Positions 11,409-25,588 of a stretch of DNA of 64,000 nt are shown in pieces (the first letter of the stretch is position 1; the number at the start of each line of letters is the position of its first letter). A program made the position numbers and the translations under genes. Source of the DNA: the human T2T-CHM13v2.0 reference genome, Homo sapiens. The notes beneath the pieces were generated by a model that worked only from the letters and a program-made list of their open reading frames with translations, was not told the origin of the DNA and ran no database searches. The stretch lies in the NCBI RefSeq assembly GCF_009914755.1, contig NC_060942.1, one strand, 5' to 3'.

Positions 11409-13828
11409 CAGTGAAGCAAAATTGTTTAGAAACCCAACTTCTTATTTCCATTTGATAGGGGAAGATGACACACAGAAGTAAATCTATTTGCTGAAACAAA
11501 TTCCAAGTAATAAAAACCCTCCTGGATGCTTCTGCAGCTGTCCACACCCCAGAGAGATGCTCTGGTACGCAGCGCCGGGAGCCACTCTCCGTCTCCCTGC
11601 TCCATGGTGGAACGAAGCCCCACGTGTTCCTCTCAGGCTCTTTGGTGTCTCCCGTGTGGCTTTAGAGCCCTCCCTGCTGCCCCTTCACACTCTGTCTTTG
11701 ACCAGTGGCCCGGTCTGGGCAGCGCCTTCTGACTGGATATGCAGCCCGGGCACTTGACCCTTGACCAGTGGCCACCACTCAGGAGGCAGGTGCCACCACT
11801 CAGGAGGCAGACGAGGGAGCCTGGCTGTGATGGAGGAGGGAGGCCATAGCGCCCAAATGCAGAAAAAGTTGCACTTGGCAGCTTTAAAATATTTGCATTA
11901 CTGAAATGTTTCAGTTGAGAAACAGTTTTTAAAGCCGTGACGTTTGGGAAAGTGCTTTGGTGTCTTTGAAGCTGGATGAACAGGAAGCCTGGTCTGACTG
12001 AGGCACTCCCAGACTTTGAACTATGAAAAGCCATTGCTGCTCTGAGTTCTGTTTGACACACGTGGACCATGTGAGCAGGACGAACGAAACACAGCAACAG
12101 GAGTGGGGTCAGGAAATGGTGCTGATTTCCCCAAGGACAGAGCACGGGTCAGGATGAGGCCAGCAGGCTCTTCAATTCTGGCTCTGGGGAATGGGTGTCC
12201 ACCAAAGACAGACAAGGTGGGTCTCCAGAAGTTTCTGTCGGGAGGGTCGTGCGAGCCAAGGAGGATTAACCCCACGGCTAGGAAGGATCGCTTAGGACTC
12301 CCGAGTCGCCAGGCAAAACAGGTGCCAAAGACCCCTCCTCAGGTCAGGGATTGAGTGAGAAAAGCAGTGTGGGCTGGAAAGCCATCGCGGTTGTGGGGGT
12401 GTCTGCACACGGCATTAGCCCCTGACAAGCCAGGAGGTCAAAAATGACCCTGAAGCCAGCAACGGGAAGGGGTCCCGAGGCGAGGAGCGTGGGCACCATG
12501 GCAGAGGCCATCTCAGGTATATCGCCAGCTCCCAGCTAGATGTTGTGTCTAGGCTCGAAAGCCCCTAAATGGTGCTGAATACCTGGGTGGGACCGGCCTG
12601 GCCATGTGGCAGACATTGGCAGATAAGCGCTCATCTGCAAATAAGAGCCTCGCATGCCTGCCTCGTTTTCTCTCTGTGTAGATGGCAGCTCTGAGTGCAA
12701 GATACACGGAGTTCTCCTCCTTTCTCATCTTAGAGAAGTCATCTGTTCCGGTGGAAGAACAGACAGAGTATTCCCCTAAAATCACGATTCAAGGCAAATA
12801 GTGTCACCATCTTTTATCTGAGGCCAAGGAGTTTTTAGTATTTGTTAGACTGGACTTTGTGGTTTTCTGCATTTTCTTTCAAACTTTCCAGATAATGCCA
12901 TTGTTTGTGTGCAGACAGTTTAAACAGCATGGCCATGGGCTTCAGAGAGACACAAGAGTGATGCCCAGGTGCAGTGCATGGGGCAAGAGGGCCAGCCTGG
13001 CATGCACCGCCACTCACCTGGGCGGCCTCAGTGTTTTCTCCAGGGAAAGGTGGGGGTCCTAGGCCTGTTTTGCCAAAGTCGTTTGATCATGGACAGAAAA
13101 GGGGAGAAGCGAACTGGGTCACCTGGAAATCAGAAGGCCCGGGATATCTGACCCAGGCTGGAGCTGTCCCTAAAGACTCCAGCGCTCCCATCTCCCGGGG
13201 AAGAGGGAAGGGCTGTGCCAGGCCCCTGAATCCACCTTTGCTCCTAACCGGGGCTGGAGCGAGGATCCAGGGTTTCCTCTCCTCTCCTCCCATCTTGCTT
13301 CCTCCCTAGTTGTCCGTGCCCTTCAGCGTCCTCCCCACTCTGATTTCCTCTATCCCCACCTTCCCAGGGTGTGGCCTCCGCATCCTCAAGGCAGCTCTGA
13401 GGGGCCGACAGGAGTGCTTTCCTCTGGGCCCACAGGGATCGCGTCTTCGTGGGGCCGTGAAGGAAGGAGGAGGGCAGCGTCTATAAAGTAACCTTCACTA
13501 TGGGAAAAATCCTGACGTCGGATTAGGGAGCTGGGGCCCAGCCCAGCTGGCAGCCGGTGAGACACAGACATCCCAGAGCACAGCGAATCCTGCCTTCATG
13601 TTCCGCATTGTGCCCCACGACGTGACACCTGCACCTCTCCGTCTTCAGCGGACAAAGGGGCACTAGAAAGCAAGCCATGGAGAGAATTTGGTAGAAGCCA
13701 GGAACCTGTGAGCCTGACACCTAGGCGCCTGTGACCTGCGCCCTGTGACCTCTAACCTATGGCCCTTGATCCCGCTGCCTCCAGGCATTCTCTGTAGATG
13801 ATGTTGAGCGAGTTCCTGAAGCCCTGGA

Positions 13829-14040
13829 GCCCCCATATCTCCACCTGAAGAGCAGGGCCCGGCTCACCCTCAGGGTCAGCAGCCCCCATATCTCCACCTG
13901 GAGAGCAGGGCCCAGCTCACCCTGAGAGTCAGAGGGCCCCATATCTCCACCTGGAGAGCAGGGTCTGGCTCACCCTGAGGGTCAGCGGCCCCCATATCTC
14001 CACCTGGAGAGCAGAGCCCAGCTCACCCTGAGGGTCAGCG
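13829..14040. repeat. Minisatellite, 53-bp unit, 4 copies
   Basis: GCCCCCATATCTCCACCTGGAGAGCAGGGCCCAGCTCACCCTGAGGGTCAGC(A/G) starting at 13829, 13882, 13935 and 13988. Confidence 0.93.
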
Positions 14041-17000
14041 GTGACCCGTCGGCATGCACCCGTGGGATGGGGGATGGACAGCTGCAATCACCTAGGTGCA
14101 GGGACAGGGAGGGTCCCCAAGAGTGCACACTCCCTTCACACCCCGTGCCTGGCTCCCGCCTGCCTGTGAGGCTGGCAATCCACGCGTTTCTGCTCTAACA
14201 CTGACGCTGAAAAAGCCAGGCAGATGTCTCCACCCCTGTGCTTCACCTGAGCCCTAAATGCAGGCCCAGGTAGCGGCTGATGTCCAGGGCCTGGGGATCT
14301 GCCTGTGGCCACCTCACCCACGCTAGGAGGTGCCTCCGGGGATGTGACAGCCTGCAGGAGCTCAGGATTCTCTCCCCAGCTTGGCTCTGAGGGGCTCCGG
14401 GCAAGCAGCAGTGCCCTGAGGGTGGCAGCGTCATGGCCAGGGCCGGCTTTTGAGTCCAACCCTCTCCCTGTGGACATGGGTCCGAGGAGGGCTGCACTGG
14501 GTCCCCACCATGCTGAGGCTCCCCGGACCTCTCCTTACAGCTTCCCTCAACACTGCCTGGAATTCACAGCTGTCCTGAGGTGGTTCACCTTTGAAGATTA
14601 TTAACGAGGGTTCTTTGTTCTGAACTCGAGGAGAATGAACCCCAACATGACTGACGTGTGCCAGCTTCCATACAGAGTGAGGCCGCGTCCTGGGCCTCTC
14701 TGCAGGTGAGGCTGTGCCCATCATGGGCTGCTCTGCCAAGATTCGCCAGGAGCCAGAGGGTCTGCCGAAGCCGTTACCTGGAGGTGAAGAGGATACGTGG
14801 GCATGGCTGTGCCAGGGGTTGGGACGGCTGCACGCGCTTCCCTCCAAGGACATGGCTTCATGGCTGTTTACAGACATTCCTGAATCCAGACCATTGATTC
14901 CACATTTGATGTGAAAAGAAATTAAAGGTCTGGTCTCATTAGATAAACCGGTTCTGGGGAAGGATCACAGGGAGAAGCTCTGCCCTTTTGTACGACACTG
15001 AATGGCCACGGCAGGCAGCTCCTGGCACACAATTGATTTCGAGCCGAGTTTTGTCTGAAAGATGCTTCTAGATTATGGCAAGAAAGCATTCTATAATCCT
15101 CCTGCCAATGCAGTTATGTTTAACAGACGTGCAACTCTTATCACTGATTGATAACACTTAACTCAAAACATATTTCAGCTTTAGGAATGTCAATATCCGG
15201 CCTCTGAGTGAAGGTGACCCCTGCCCCGCGTGTTTGCTAAGTGTGTGCCATGGTTTGCTGGTAAATTTCTCAGGTGGTTGTGTGGGAAGGCTGTTATGGA
15301 TTTGCTATCTTAGCCTGAAGTGTTTGCTGCTGATTATGTGATTAAATCAATAATAATTTCTGCCTGGATCCTGCGCTTCTCCACTCATCTTCTGGCCCAG
15401 GCTGTGGAGCAGAACAATGCGCCCAGCACCGGAGCCGAGGGGCTTTGCTGTGGGGAAATGTCAGAGGTGTGGCAGGGGCCTCCGGATCTCCTCTGAAAGC
15501 AAAATATTGTAACAGCTCTGCAGGTAAACAAACAGGCGGCCTGTGCCGCGGCCGGAACCCGACAGGTGGGGGCAGGGCCGCCTAATGGATGGGGCTGTTG
15601 ATTCCGGCTTCACCTGAAGTCGCGTGACCCAGAGCCTTCATCCCACATTAAACAGATATTTGTTTACTCTGACGAGGGGCGTTTACAGTTAAACAGTCAG
15701 GGGGCTCGTTAGCCACATCTGGCCTTTAAGTCACACAGGCAGTTTCATCTCACCAGGTGTGAAGGCCACCTGGCACGGAGGGACCAGGGCTGTGCCCGCA
15801 GGGCAGGGCCCCAGGGACTGTCCATCCAGTCCCCCCACCCACATCCAGGTCCCCCTGGAAGACACACATCCCCTGCTTGTGACTTTCTTGTCTCTGGGTG
15901 TCCTCAGCAGCACAGGCAAGTAGCTTCGTTTGCAGCAAAGGGCATCAGAAATGCCGCCTGCACCACCCCCCTGTCAATCCGTGGCAGCCGGAAGGAGCTG
16001 GGCTCCGGGGGATTCCTCCTCGATCTGCCCTGGTGCCCTGGTGGCTGGAGAGTCTTTACCTCACCCACAACATTTATACCACCCGGCTCTCAGCAGGGAC
16101 ATCGGGACAATCCAGTCTCCCAGGGAAATCACAGGGACACCAACCGATATTTGAAAAACCAGAACATCTGGTCAGTCACTTTCTCCCATCTGAGTAAACA
16201 GAGCTTTGTGAATAAGCCATGTTCGAACACTGAGGGAAGCAAAGGTATTGTCAACGGAGATGGGCTGGCTCTGGGCTCGGGCCTCAGCCCTGGGAATGTC
16301 GTGCCCGGCGGTGGGCCACTTTGCTGCTCAGTGCTTTTAAACCACAAATTGCTCCCAGCGATGTCAAATATCACTTTTTAAAAACATAAGACAGCCCCAG
16401 GGACGGTGATCATCATTGTGTTTGAAAAAGGCAAGTCTCCTTTGCTTGTTGCGTTGAGAGGCAATTCAGGATTTATCACTTGTATGCAATTGTAATTGTA
16501 ATTGCTATTTACCTATTGGGAATTTGGCTTTTAGAAAAAGGAATATTTTGTTGGAAGAGGGGGCCAGGGGAGAAAACGCTCTCCATTGGAGAATGAGCGG
16601 AGACCGCTCCTCAGGCCTCCGAGGCGGGAATCAGGTGGCGGCCTTCCCTAACAGGCAGCTTGCGTGCCCCGGTGAGCAGCTGTAATTACGGCTGTACAAA
16701 GTAGCAGAGTGCCTTTCCAGGCTGCCTCAAAAGGCTGGGGTGTTCCACTCCAAACTGTCGGTGCATTTCCATGAAAATAAAAGGCAGCCCCAGCCATGGA
16801 CATACAGGAGAGCCTGCGGTCAGGGGAGCTGGTCTGCATCACGGGTCCCCGGAACTGCAGCTCCCAGACGCTACAGGGCCACCAGCTCCTCCCTGGCCCG
16901 AGAAGAGTCCAGAGAAATTTTTACTTAGTTAAATGTTTTTTTTTAACTTTGTAAAATTTTTAAAAGCGGGAAACTGGTAGACGAGCATCAGGTTTTCTAT

Positions 17001-18537
17001 TCCATGCTGAACCAAATTTGGAAACACCAAATAGCCCTCTGGGGGCAGCCTTCACCTTCTCTCCTCAGGCGGTTGCACCTGGCCATTGTCCTCAACCTGG
17101 TGGCTGCCTTCTCTAACAAACACCCCCCCGGGACACACTGCATCCGTCTCTGTAACACCTCGGGCAGCTCCAAGTAAGTAACCTGTGTGAGTCAGCCTCT
17201 TATTCCAGCAGATAGCCTGAACACAGACCCGGCATACGCCCGGCTTTTGGAAGGCCCCGAAAACAAATCGGGGACAGAAACAGAGTCCCTCCCCTTTGAC
17301 GACCAACTGGGGGTTCAAATCCACGCTCCCAGGGCCAGCCTGCCCAGCTCAGTGGGGTCAGGAGGCTTCGTCCTATGAAGGCAGCCTGGGAGGGAGGCAC
17401 ATTACTGCTCCTTGGGGTGAGAGAACAGAGATCACGCTTGCTGTCGTTCTATCATTCCATCACCTTTCCAAGTACCCCTGAGGCTCGGAATTCCCTGGTG
17501 GTCCCGGAGGAGGCAGCGGCGTGCTGTGCGTCTCGGCTGATTCTCTGGTCTCCATCCCTCCGAGGGTGTCGCTGCACCATAGGACAGAGGCGGACATCCA
17601 GGTAACTAAGGAAATGGGCAGAATTTTTTCAATAAAATTGTCTGGACTTAATCCAGAGAGAGTGGGCTGGACCTCGGCCTCAGACTGTGACCCACGACCT
17701 GCGCTAACAGCTGTAGCCCAAGAGTGGTTTTCCAGTAAAGATGATAAGAAAATGCCTCTGTGACATTCGTGCCACCCTCATCAATATTCTGGGGCTCCAG
17801 GGTCCCCCCCAATACTGCTGACACCTGCAGGCTCCCGGCCTCCCAGGGAAAGGTAGGGGCCGAGGCTTTCGAGGCAGCTGCCGGCAGCACTCACAGGTGC
17901 TCAGAGCCTCCTGACCCTCTTGTTTAGAGTGACCTGAACTCAGACAGGGCTGGGCAGGCCGAATCACTTCACCGTGCGTTGAAGGAAGCAGCTCAGCTAT
18001 GGGTGTCTTATGTCCTCTACTAGGACAGCAGGAAAGAGACGAGACAGGGGTGCAGGCCCCATGCACAGGCTGGGGGGCTCAGTGCCGTGAGCGGTCCCCA
18101 CACCTGCCCAGGCAGAGTGCACGGCAAGGTGGGAAGCATATTCTACTTCACCAATTCCCATAACCGGGTGTCTTTCTGCAGTCTGAGCAATGACCTTAGC
18201 CCCTGACAGGGTTGCGGCTCTCAGCCCCGAGGAAGAGGGCCTGGCTGTGTCCTGAGGCTGCCGGCCCTTCGTTGCCAGTGCTGTGTCACTGCTGTTGTTC
18301 CTAAAGAGTGTGCGTCACCTGAAGCAGATCCAGGTATAGCTTCCTACACAGGGAGCACATGCGCACAGACCTGCCTTTATGCCAGCAGGCTTCTAGGCAG
18401 TGTGACACCTTGTTTTAAAACGTAAGGGAGCGTGCTCCCAGCCAGTGCCCTGAAGTGATGATGTGTTAGTCCCTGGAGGTTCACACTCCACTGACCTGAG
18501 GGTGGACAGCTCGGGTCCAAAGAGAATTCTTCATGGG

Positions 18538-18638
18538 AGCTGCAGGGAATAGGAAGCTGCAGGGAATAGGAAGGAATAGCTGCAGGGAATAGGAAGCTGC
18601 AGGGAATAGGGAATACGGAGCTGCAGGGAATAGGAAGG
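18538..18638. repeat. Short tandem repeat, ~17-bp unit, 5 copies with inserts
   Basis: AGCTGCAGGGAATAGGA repeated. Confidence 0.88.
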
Positions 18639-19095
18639 GCGTCATTTCACGAAATGCAGCTGCATCATTTTGTGTCATGGGGAGGCAGAAAAGCTCTGAA
18701 GATGAGTTGAGCATAGGGAAAAGCATGATTTATCTATCGCTATTTCCTGAAAGAAGCGTCTGCAGAATTCAGGGGCCCGGGGACCCACTGGCAGCTGAAA
18801 TCATTAGAATGTTCGATAAGCAGCTGCTCTCTGGTGCTCACTGCACCTCATACCCGGGGGGGCCCTCCTGTCAGGTAGCTTCAGGGCAAATTCTGGAGGC
18901 TACTGATGTGAGGCCACATTGTCCAGTGTCCACTAACCCCATGGCACATGACAGTTAATACAGGGTGAGGTGGCAGAACTCTGTGCTGGTCCTCACTCTG
19001 CAAAGAGAGGTGGGCTGGAGGCTATTTTACAACTGTAGGGGGCCAGGATGGGTGTGAGTGCAGCACTGCCTGCCATGGGGCAGCTGCGGGAGGCA

Positions 19096-19269
19096 GCTCT
19101 GCAGGCCGGGCGGGTGGTGTGCCCTGAGGACAGGGTGGCCCACGTGCCCGGTGTCAGGGGTCCACGCTTTGCAGCAAAAGGAGCTCTGCAGGTGGGCGGG
19201 TGGAGTGCCCTGAGGGCAGGCTGGCCCCCTCGCCTGATGTCAGGGGTCCACGCGTTGCAACAAAAGGAA
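19096..19269. repeat. Diverged ~87-bp tandem duplication
   Basis: GCTCTGCAGG..GGGCGGGTGG.GTGCCCTGAGG.CAGG...TGTCAGGGGTCCACGC.TTGCA.CAAAAGGA twice. Confidence 0.8.
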
Positions 19270-21613
19270 TCTGAGGCGCCTTGGGAGGATGCTCACCCCA
19301 TCCGAATGCGAGGCTTGGCGATGACCTCCTGGGCAGCCGCCCAGAGCCAGAGGAGCCTGGGAGGCAGGGCGGTTGATGGCTATGAAGCTCACTGCCTAAA
19401 CTTCAGGGTCACTGCTGTGTCCCCATCCCCCACCTCTGGGCCGTCTCAAGAAGAGCTGCAGTGGCAGGCAGGCATCCCTGTAGGTCCATGGGCTGTCTGC
19501 AGCATCCACAGTGGGAGCGGACGGTCACGTGGTCTGCAAATGCACCGAAACACACACCCTCCACCAGGAGCCACTGTTGGGGTTACTCCTTGGCCTACTG
19601 TTAAAAATGACCCATTGCACTGGAAATCACATGTGCATTTGCCTCAGGGTTGCTGCATGGGGAGGGTGCAGCACACCGAGGCCAGCAGGACCCTCCCCTG
19701 CACACTCAGCTCCCACAGCCCTGCTGCAGGGGCTCAAACCCTCCTAAAGGGGCCCTTCTTATCTACCCCATAAAGTTCCCAGCTCAGAACTCCGGGACCA
19801 CCTTCCCTGGCAGTGAGGAGCCCCATGCACAGACCCCTCCCTTTTGATGGCCTGGCCCATGCCCCTCCTGACGGTGCCCTGGGACACTGTGCAGGATTTA
19901 CCTGAGGAGGGAAGAAAACGAGAGAACTTGCCACACAGGAGCCTGGGCTTTCCCCACAGCCTCGTGGGCCCCTGTCAGCAACCCCAGCTCCTGCCTTGCT
20001 CCTGAGGCCCAGCGCTGGCCCCTGTACCCAGCTCCAAATTTACCTCCTTTCTGGGGAAGCCCCACTCCCTGTCGCTGCAGAGGGTCAGGCTTTTCCCAGG
20101 GAACCCCTGGGCAGGCAGGAGGCCCTCCTAACTCCATGGTCATGTTCCTCAGATCTTAGTGAATGGGCGGGAAGCAGCAGCTAGGGGAGTGAGGGGCAGG
20201 GATGGAGAGAGGGACAGGCTTTCACAGGTGGCTCAGGGTGTGCCAGGCCAGCAGGACCACAGAGTTCACCACCCAGTGCCCAGCCCCAGCCCCCACGGCC
20301 CTCACCTGCCTGGGCTAGAGAACAGCCTCTGTATCCGTCTAATGTTAAACCAGCACCTTCACACACACAGGCACACACCCCGCCGAGGGCAACACCAAAC
20401 CTCAGGGGTGCTGAGTCTGAAGGGGAAGGAGGAACAGGAGCCCTCCAAAGCCGCCTGGCTGTGGGGGACACAGGGAGTCTCTTCCTTGTACCCCACCTGG
20501 TCACACGACACCCACCCGCCACCCCCCACGTCCTGCCGAGTGCAGACCACCACATCTGAAATTAAGAGTGTAAGTGAATTCCAAGATAAGGATCATCTCC
20601 CTTCAGGGTGTGCTTAGGGAGTCAGGGAGTGGCAGCTCTTTCATCCCACGTTTTATGAAACATTGCAGTGAGTCCTTTCACAAACACAAAGTAACCTCCA
20701 GTTGATGTGTAGATAAGATTGGACATGGCCTCTGTGCAAGCAGCTATCTAGAACAAAACTGAAAATATTCTCGGCACAGGAAGTATTTACATCCAGCAAA
20801 TTGTCTAAGAAGAAACAGGCATTCTGTTCCTGAACATTCAACTGATCATTTGAAGACCTTTTCCACTATAAGTGGGCCCCAAGGTTGCCTCCAACAGGGC
20901 AGGCACGGCGCCTCCAACAGGGCAGGCGCCCCAGAGCCCTCGGCCCCAGGGAGTCCTCCAGGGTTGTTTCCGCATTGTTTCTCTCCTTTCAGGCTTCTTC
21001 ATCGAGGATAATTTTATAGAAAACACATCTCAGGGAGGCAGGGCCACCTCTCAGGTTTCTGGGGACCTCAGGTTAGCCTCAACCTGGGACGCCTGCAGAC
21101 TGAGCCCAGCTCTTAACCCCACCGATGTTTCCAGGTTCCCTGGCACCCGCTCTCTCCCGAGGCTCAGAGTGGGCGTTGGTGTGGAACAGCCCCTAAGAGG
21201 CACCTCGGCCTTCCCGGAGCCCCGGAACGTGGAGGCTAACCCAGGACAGAGACGGTCACTGCAGGAGAAAAGACGACACCGTCAGTCCTTCCCCCGGTGC
21301 ACAACCGAGGACCTCCTCCGCATTTGCCCCTGCGTCTGAGGCAGCATCTCGGGAATCTGCAGTCTCCAAGTGCGAGAGAGGCAGCCCCAGACCCATCCAT
21401 GATGCACCTGAGCCTGTGCAGGAGGCTCGCAGGAGGGTGGGGACGGCGAGGACAGCTGCATGAGTACCCCTAAACCAGCAGCCGCAAGGCCCTCGGGTGA
21501 CTGGGAGATGTTTGTATAGGGAGACTGGAGGTGTGATAACTCCCCAGCAAGCTGGGATTTCTAGCCTAGGCCAATTCCACTCTTCTTATATTTTTTAATG
21601 TTGAAGACGGTTA

Positions 21614-22072
<459 letters not shown>

Positions 22073-24454
22073 TCATTTCTCTGTGATAAAAACCCATACA
22101 TACCCAACTATGGGGACAACTTTAAGTGGTGAGTGAAACTGACTTGGAAATTTTTACCTCCTAGGCGATAGATATATGTTTAAATAGATGTATGTGTGCA
22201 TATATATATATGAGTAATTTTTACAGATAAGAATATACATATGTGGAAGTCATATCCAAATGACAAGTACCATTTTGGCACCTAAGTTCTTGCCTTTTTT
22301 GTAACAGTAAACACAATGCTAATACAAATGCGTCTTCCTGATTAGTCGTTACCAACTAAAGTTAACAAGGTCTACGTGGACTTTCACTCTTCTAAGGAAT
22401 TTTAAAAATAAGCGCAGTATTAGAAATGATCAACCCTGGGCATAACGACAAAGTGCTTCTGCAGAAATGGATGACATTGACCTTGAGCAAGTAAATGTGT
22501 GGTCTCCCTCCAGGAGAAGCACTGCATCTCTCCCAGGCTGGCACACTTGCAGAGCATCAATCACAAGGGCACCAGGCCCTTCCACACCACAGTCTTGTGG
22601 TGGAAAAATGTGGAGGAGGAAGGAGACTGGGCTCCTGGGCCCTGAGCTCATCTGTCTCCAGCTGGTCACCCACACCCCCGTGATGCAGCCAGCCACACCA
22701 CCTGTCCTGAGCCCACCTCTTCAGAGGAGAGGGGCAGAGAAGGGCCATGGCTGGGGAGTCCCCCAGGTCCACAGTAAGTGCACAGGAAGGTCCACAGATC
22801 AAGCCACACACAGACAGGAAAACAGTTGCTGAGCCTCTCGGACGCCATTCGGCTAGTATGGTACTCAGCAGTGCTGCGTCTTAGATTTACTCCAGCACAC
22901 AGGTTTTGGTGTAATTTATTTTAAAAGTCACACAGTACACCATTTGGCAATTTTATCACTCCAGGTATAATAAAAAAATATTCCATGATTATATGTCATT
23001 TGGTTAAGTCTCCATCAAACTCTTTTCAAATTCAAAGCAGCCAGCTCCACAATAAGTAACTGCAGCCCAGAATTAGTGAGCACATTTTTTTCCTTCGCGT
23101 TTAATTGAAACTGATGTGTTTTGAAATCATAGTGGGGGTTTCTCAAGAAAAGTGGTATGTGTTATTCAATCGGCATAAAACAGGCCTCTGCCAGCAAGAG
23201 GCTCACGCCCCAGGATTAGTACCCGTTGGCAGCGGTGGGCCCGAGCACTACAGCCTCTCCCAGTGGGTAAATATTTAAATTATATATATGCCAGTGCACA
23301 GAGCAACCTGAAAGAAACCTGTTCTTTTTTCCTTCTGTCCCCCGGCTGTGAATTCTGAATAAAATCTAGGCCAGTGCAGACGCCCTTCGGTAGATCGCAG
23401 AGCTAACTGGCCTTTGGGGAGCCGCCTCCTTCTGTTCCTGAAGAGTCGTTTCTCCAGGCCTGGCAGGGGCATTTCCAATTAATAGCAGTGCAGCTTTGGA
23501 TCACAGTTTTGCAAAAGGGTCAATGCTAAGAAGTAAACACTGGAGCGCTCAGCGACAATAATTCATAAGCAGCAGGAAGGAAAGTGCTCGCTCTTCTTGT
23601 TGGGCTCGTTGGAGCCAGTTCTGGTTTATAGACTCCCATGCCAGCCACCCACCATAAACTTTTCACAATGATGCTAAGATTCCTTTTTATTTTATTCTCA
23701 TTTCTCCACCCCTTTTGTTGCTTCCAGAGTTTATTCATGAATATGAAGCATATCTGCATGGCAAAATCCTCTATGAAACGCCTCAAGACCCACCACGGCA
23801 CTGTCATTTGAATTGAATGGACGGAAACCCCAGCCTGTTGGTGAGAGGACACTGGACTCTGCTAATCAGCACAATAGCCAGGTTGTGTTTCCAGCATGGG
23901 GAACACAGGTAAACAGATGACCTGGTGAGCAACGCCGTTTTAGCAAAGGGCTGGTGACATTTGCTGCAGAGAGGAACTGGCGGTGACAGAGTGCGGGGTG
24001 GTCCTGGAGAAATGGGGATTTTGTTCTTAGAGCAGTCAAAAATACCGAGAGAGAGAAAAGGTTGCAAAGGCTTGTGGTGTGTCTGTGCGCAGGGCATTTC
24101 TGGAGAGGCGTGATTGGCTCCATAAGCAGATCACGGCATTTGGATGAAGGATCCTTGTCAGCCTGGAATGACCAAGGACTTGGGATTTGGCTCCATGTGG
24201 CACGCGGTGCTCTTAGGAGACACTTCTGGATGAAAACTCAGGGCCTCAGTCTTTCCCCTGTCTTCCTCCACATCCACACACCAAATAGACTTCTTGGAAA
24301 CCCTGTCATCACCTTTTTAAAACCTTTAAACTGGTCTACATAGGTTGCAGAGTTGGTCTTTCCATCTTCACGGGCGAGGCTGGGAGATTGGAGCTGGTGC
24401 ACAGAACAGGTCAGGGGACGGCGGCTGGAGCTGCTCCCCGGCAGGTGGGGAGAC

Positions 24455-24531
24455 CCCCGTCTGCAGTGGCCACTCAGAGAAGGCGGCACCCATCCCCGTC
24501 TGCAGTGGCCACTCAGAGAAGATGGCACCCA
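24455..24531. repeat. ~39-bp tandem duplication
   Basis: CCCCGTCTGCAGTGGCCACTCAGAGAAG..GGCACCCA twice. Confidence 0.85.
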
Positions 24532-25333
24532 GGGCTCTCACCTCTGGCCTCCCAGAATTTCTTTTCCTCAACCCCCACCCTAGACACAGCACCACGAGGA
24601 GAGCCCCACTTTGCTTTGACAGAGATGCACCGAGTTCACCGAGCCCTCCATGAAGCCGGAGGACGGGCTGTAGGAGACTGTGCGTGCCCTTCGGCCCCCT
24701 CCTTGCCCAGCACCTGGGCGCAGCTGTTACCCGAGGGGAGTGTCAGGCCCCTGGACCCAGTCTTGGGGGCGTGGGCATCTGCAGTGGCTTTGCTTCCAAG
24801 GAATCAGTTACTGTGAGCAACAAAGGATGGATACTTTCTAGCTCTGGTTATCTCTGAGCAAAATTATACAATTTGGCATATTTTAAAATAGAAATAAAGT
24901 TTATGCTATAATTTTAATTTTTTTTAATTTAACTATATCAGTTCTTCCAACCAGTGTCAACCCAAAATTTAATGGTTTCGGGATAATTTTTGTCTCTGCT
25001 ATGAAATATGCATTTAATCCAAATGACTCTCTCCCACTCCCTGGTTTCTGTTCTCACCTGAAATGCTGACGGAGGTGGGAAGTCCAGCAGCGGGGTACGG
25101 GAAGTGGTAACATTGTGAAGACGTAGGTTCTCCATGGGAAAGACTGTTGTCCGGAAGTTTCCACACAACAGGTCCCCACTGAGATTCCAAGGCTGACAGC
25201 ACGGCGGGAGTCCCTGGGACCCCTGGGCCCGGCACAGCGCCACCGCAGCAGGCAGGCACCGGGTGGCCAGAAGTCGATCATTCTCTTAAATGGCCTGTAC
25301 ATATCTTTGACTCTGATCCCACTGATTTTTAAA

Positions 25334-25495
25334 ATTACGGGCATGCACCACCACGCCCTGCTAATTTTTGTATTTTTAGTAGAGATAGGGTTTCACCATG
25401 TTGACCAGGTTGGTCTCGAACTCCTGACCTCAAATGATGCACCGGCATCAGCCTCCCAAAGTGCTGGGATTAGTTGTGAGCCATCACACCCGGCT
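25334..25495 (-). mobile_element. 3'-truncated AluS (left arm, linker and start of right arm; no poly-A)
   Basis: ATTACGGGCATGCACCACC...CTAATTTTTGTATTTTTAGTAGAG...CACACCCGGCT; the rest of the right arm is absent. Confidence 0.9.
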
Positions 25496-25588
25496 CAGCC
25501 TGGATTTTTAATTACAAAATTAAACTGTCTTGTTGGAAGAATTTGGACTATTTTCACCATTTTAATAAAATTACTGATGATGGAATTA

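Noticed and set aside
19048-19773. 241-aa ORF in unique GC-rich DNA
   Set aside because: No recognisable domain, overlaps an 87-bp duplication, and the length is plausible by chance at this GC content
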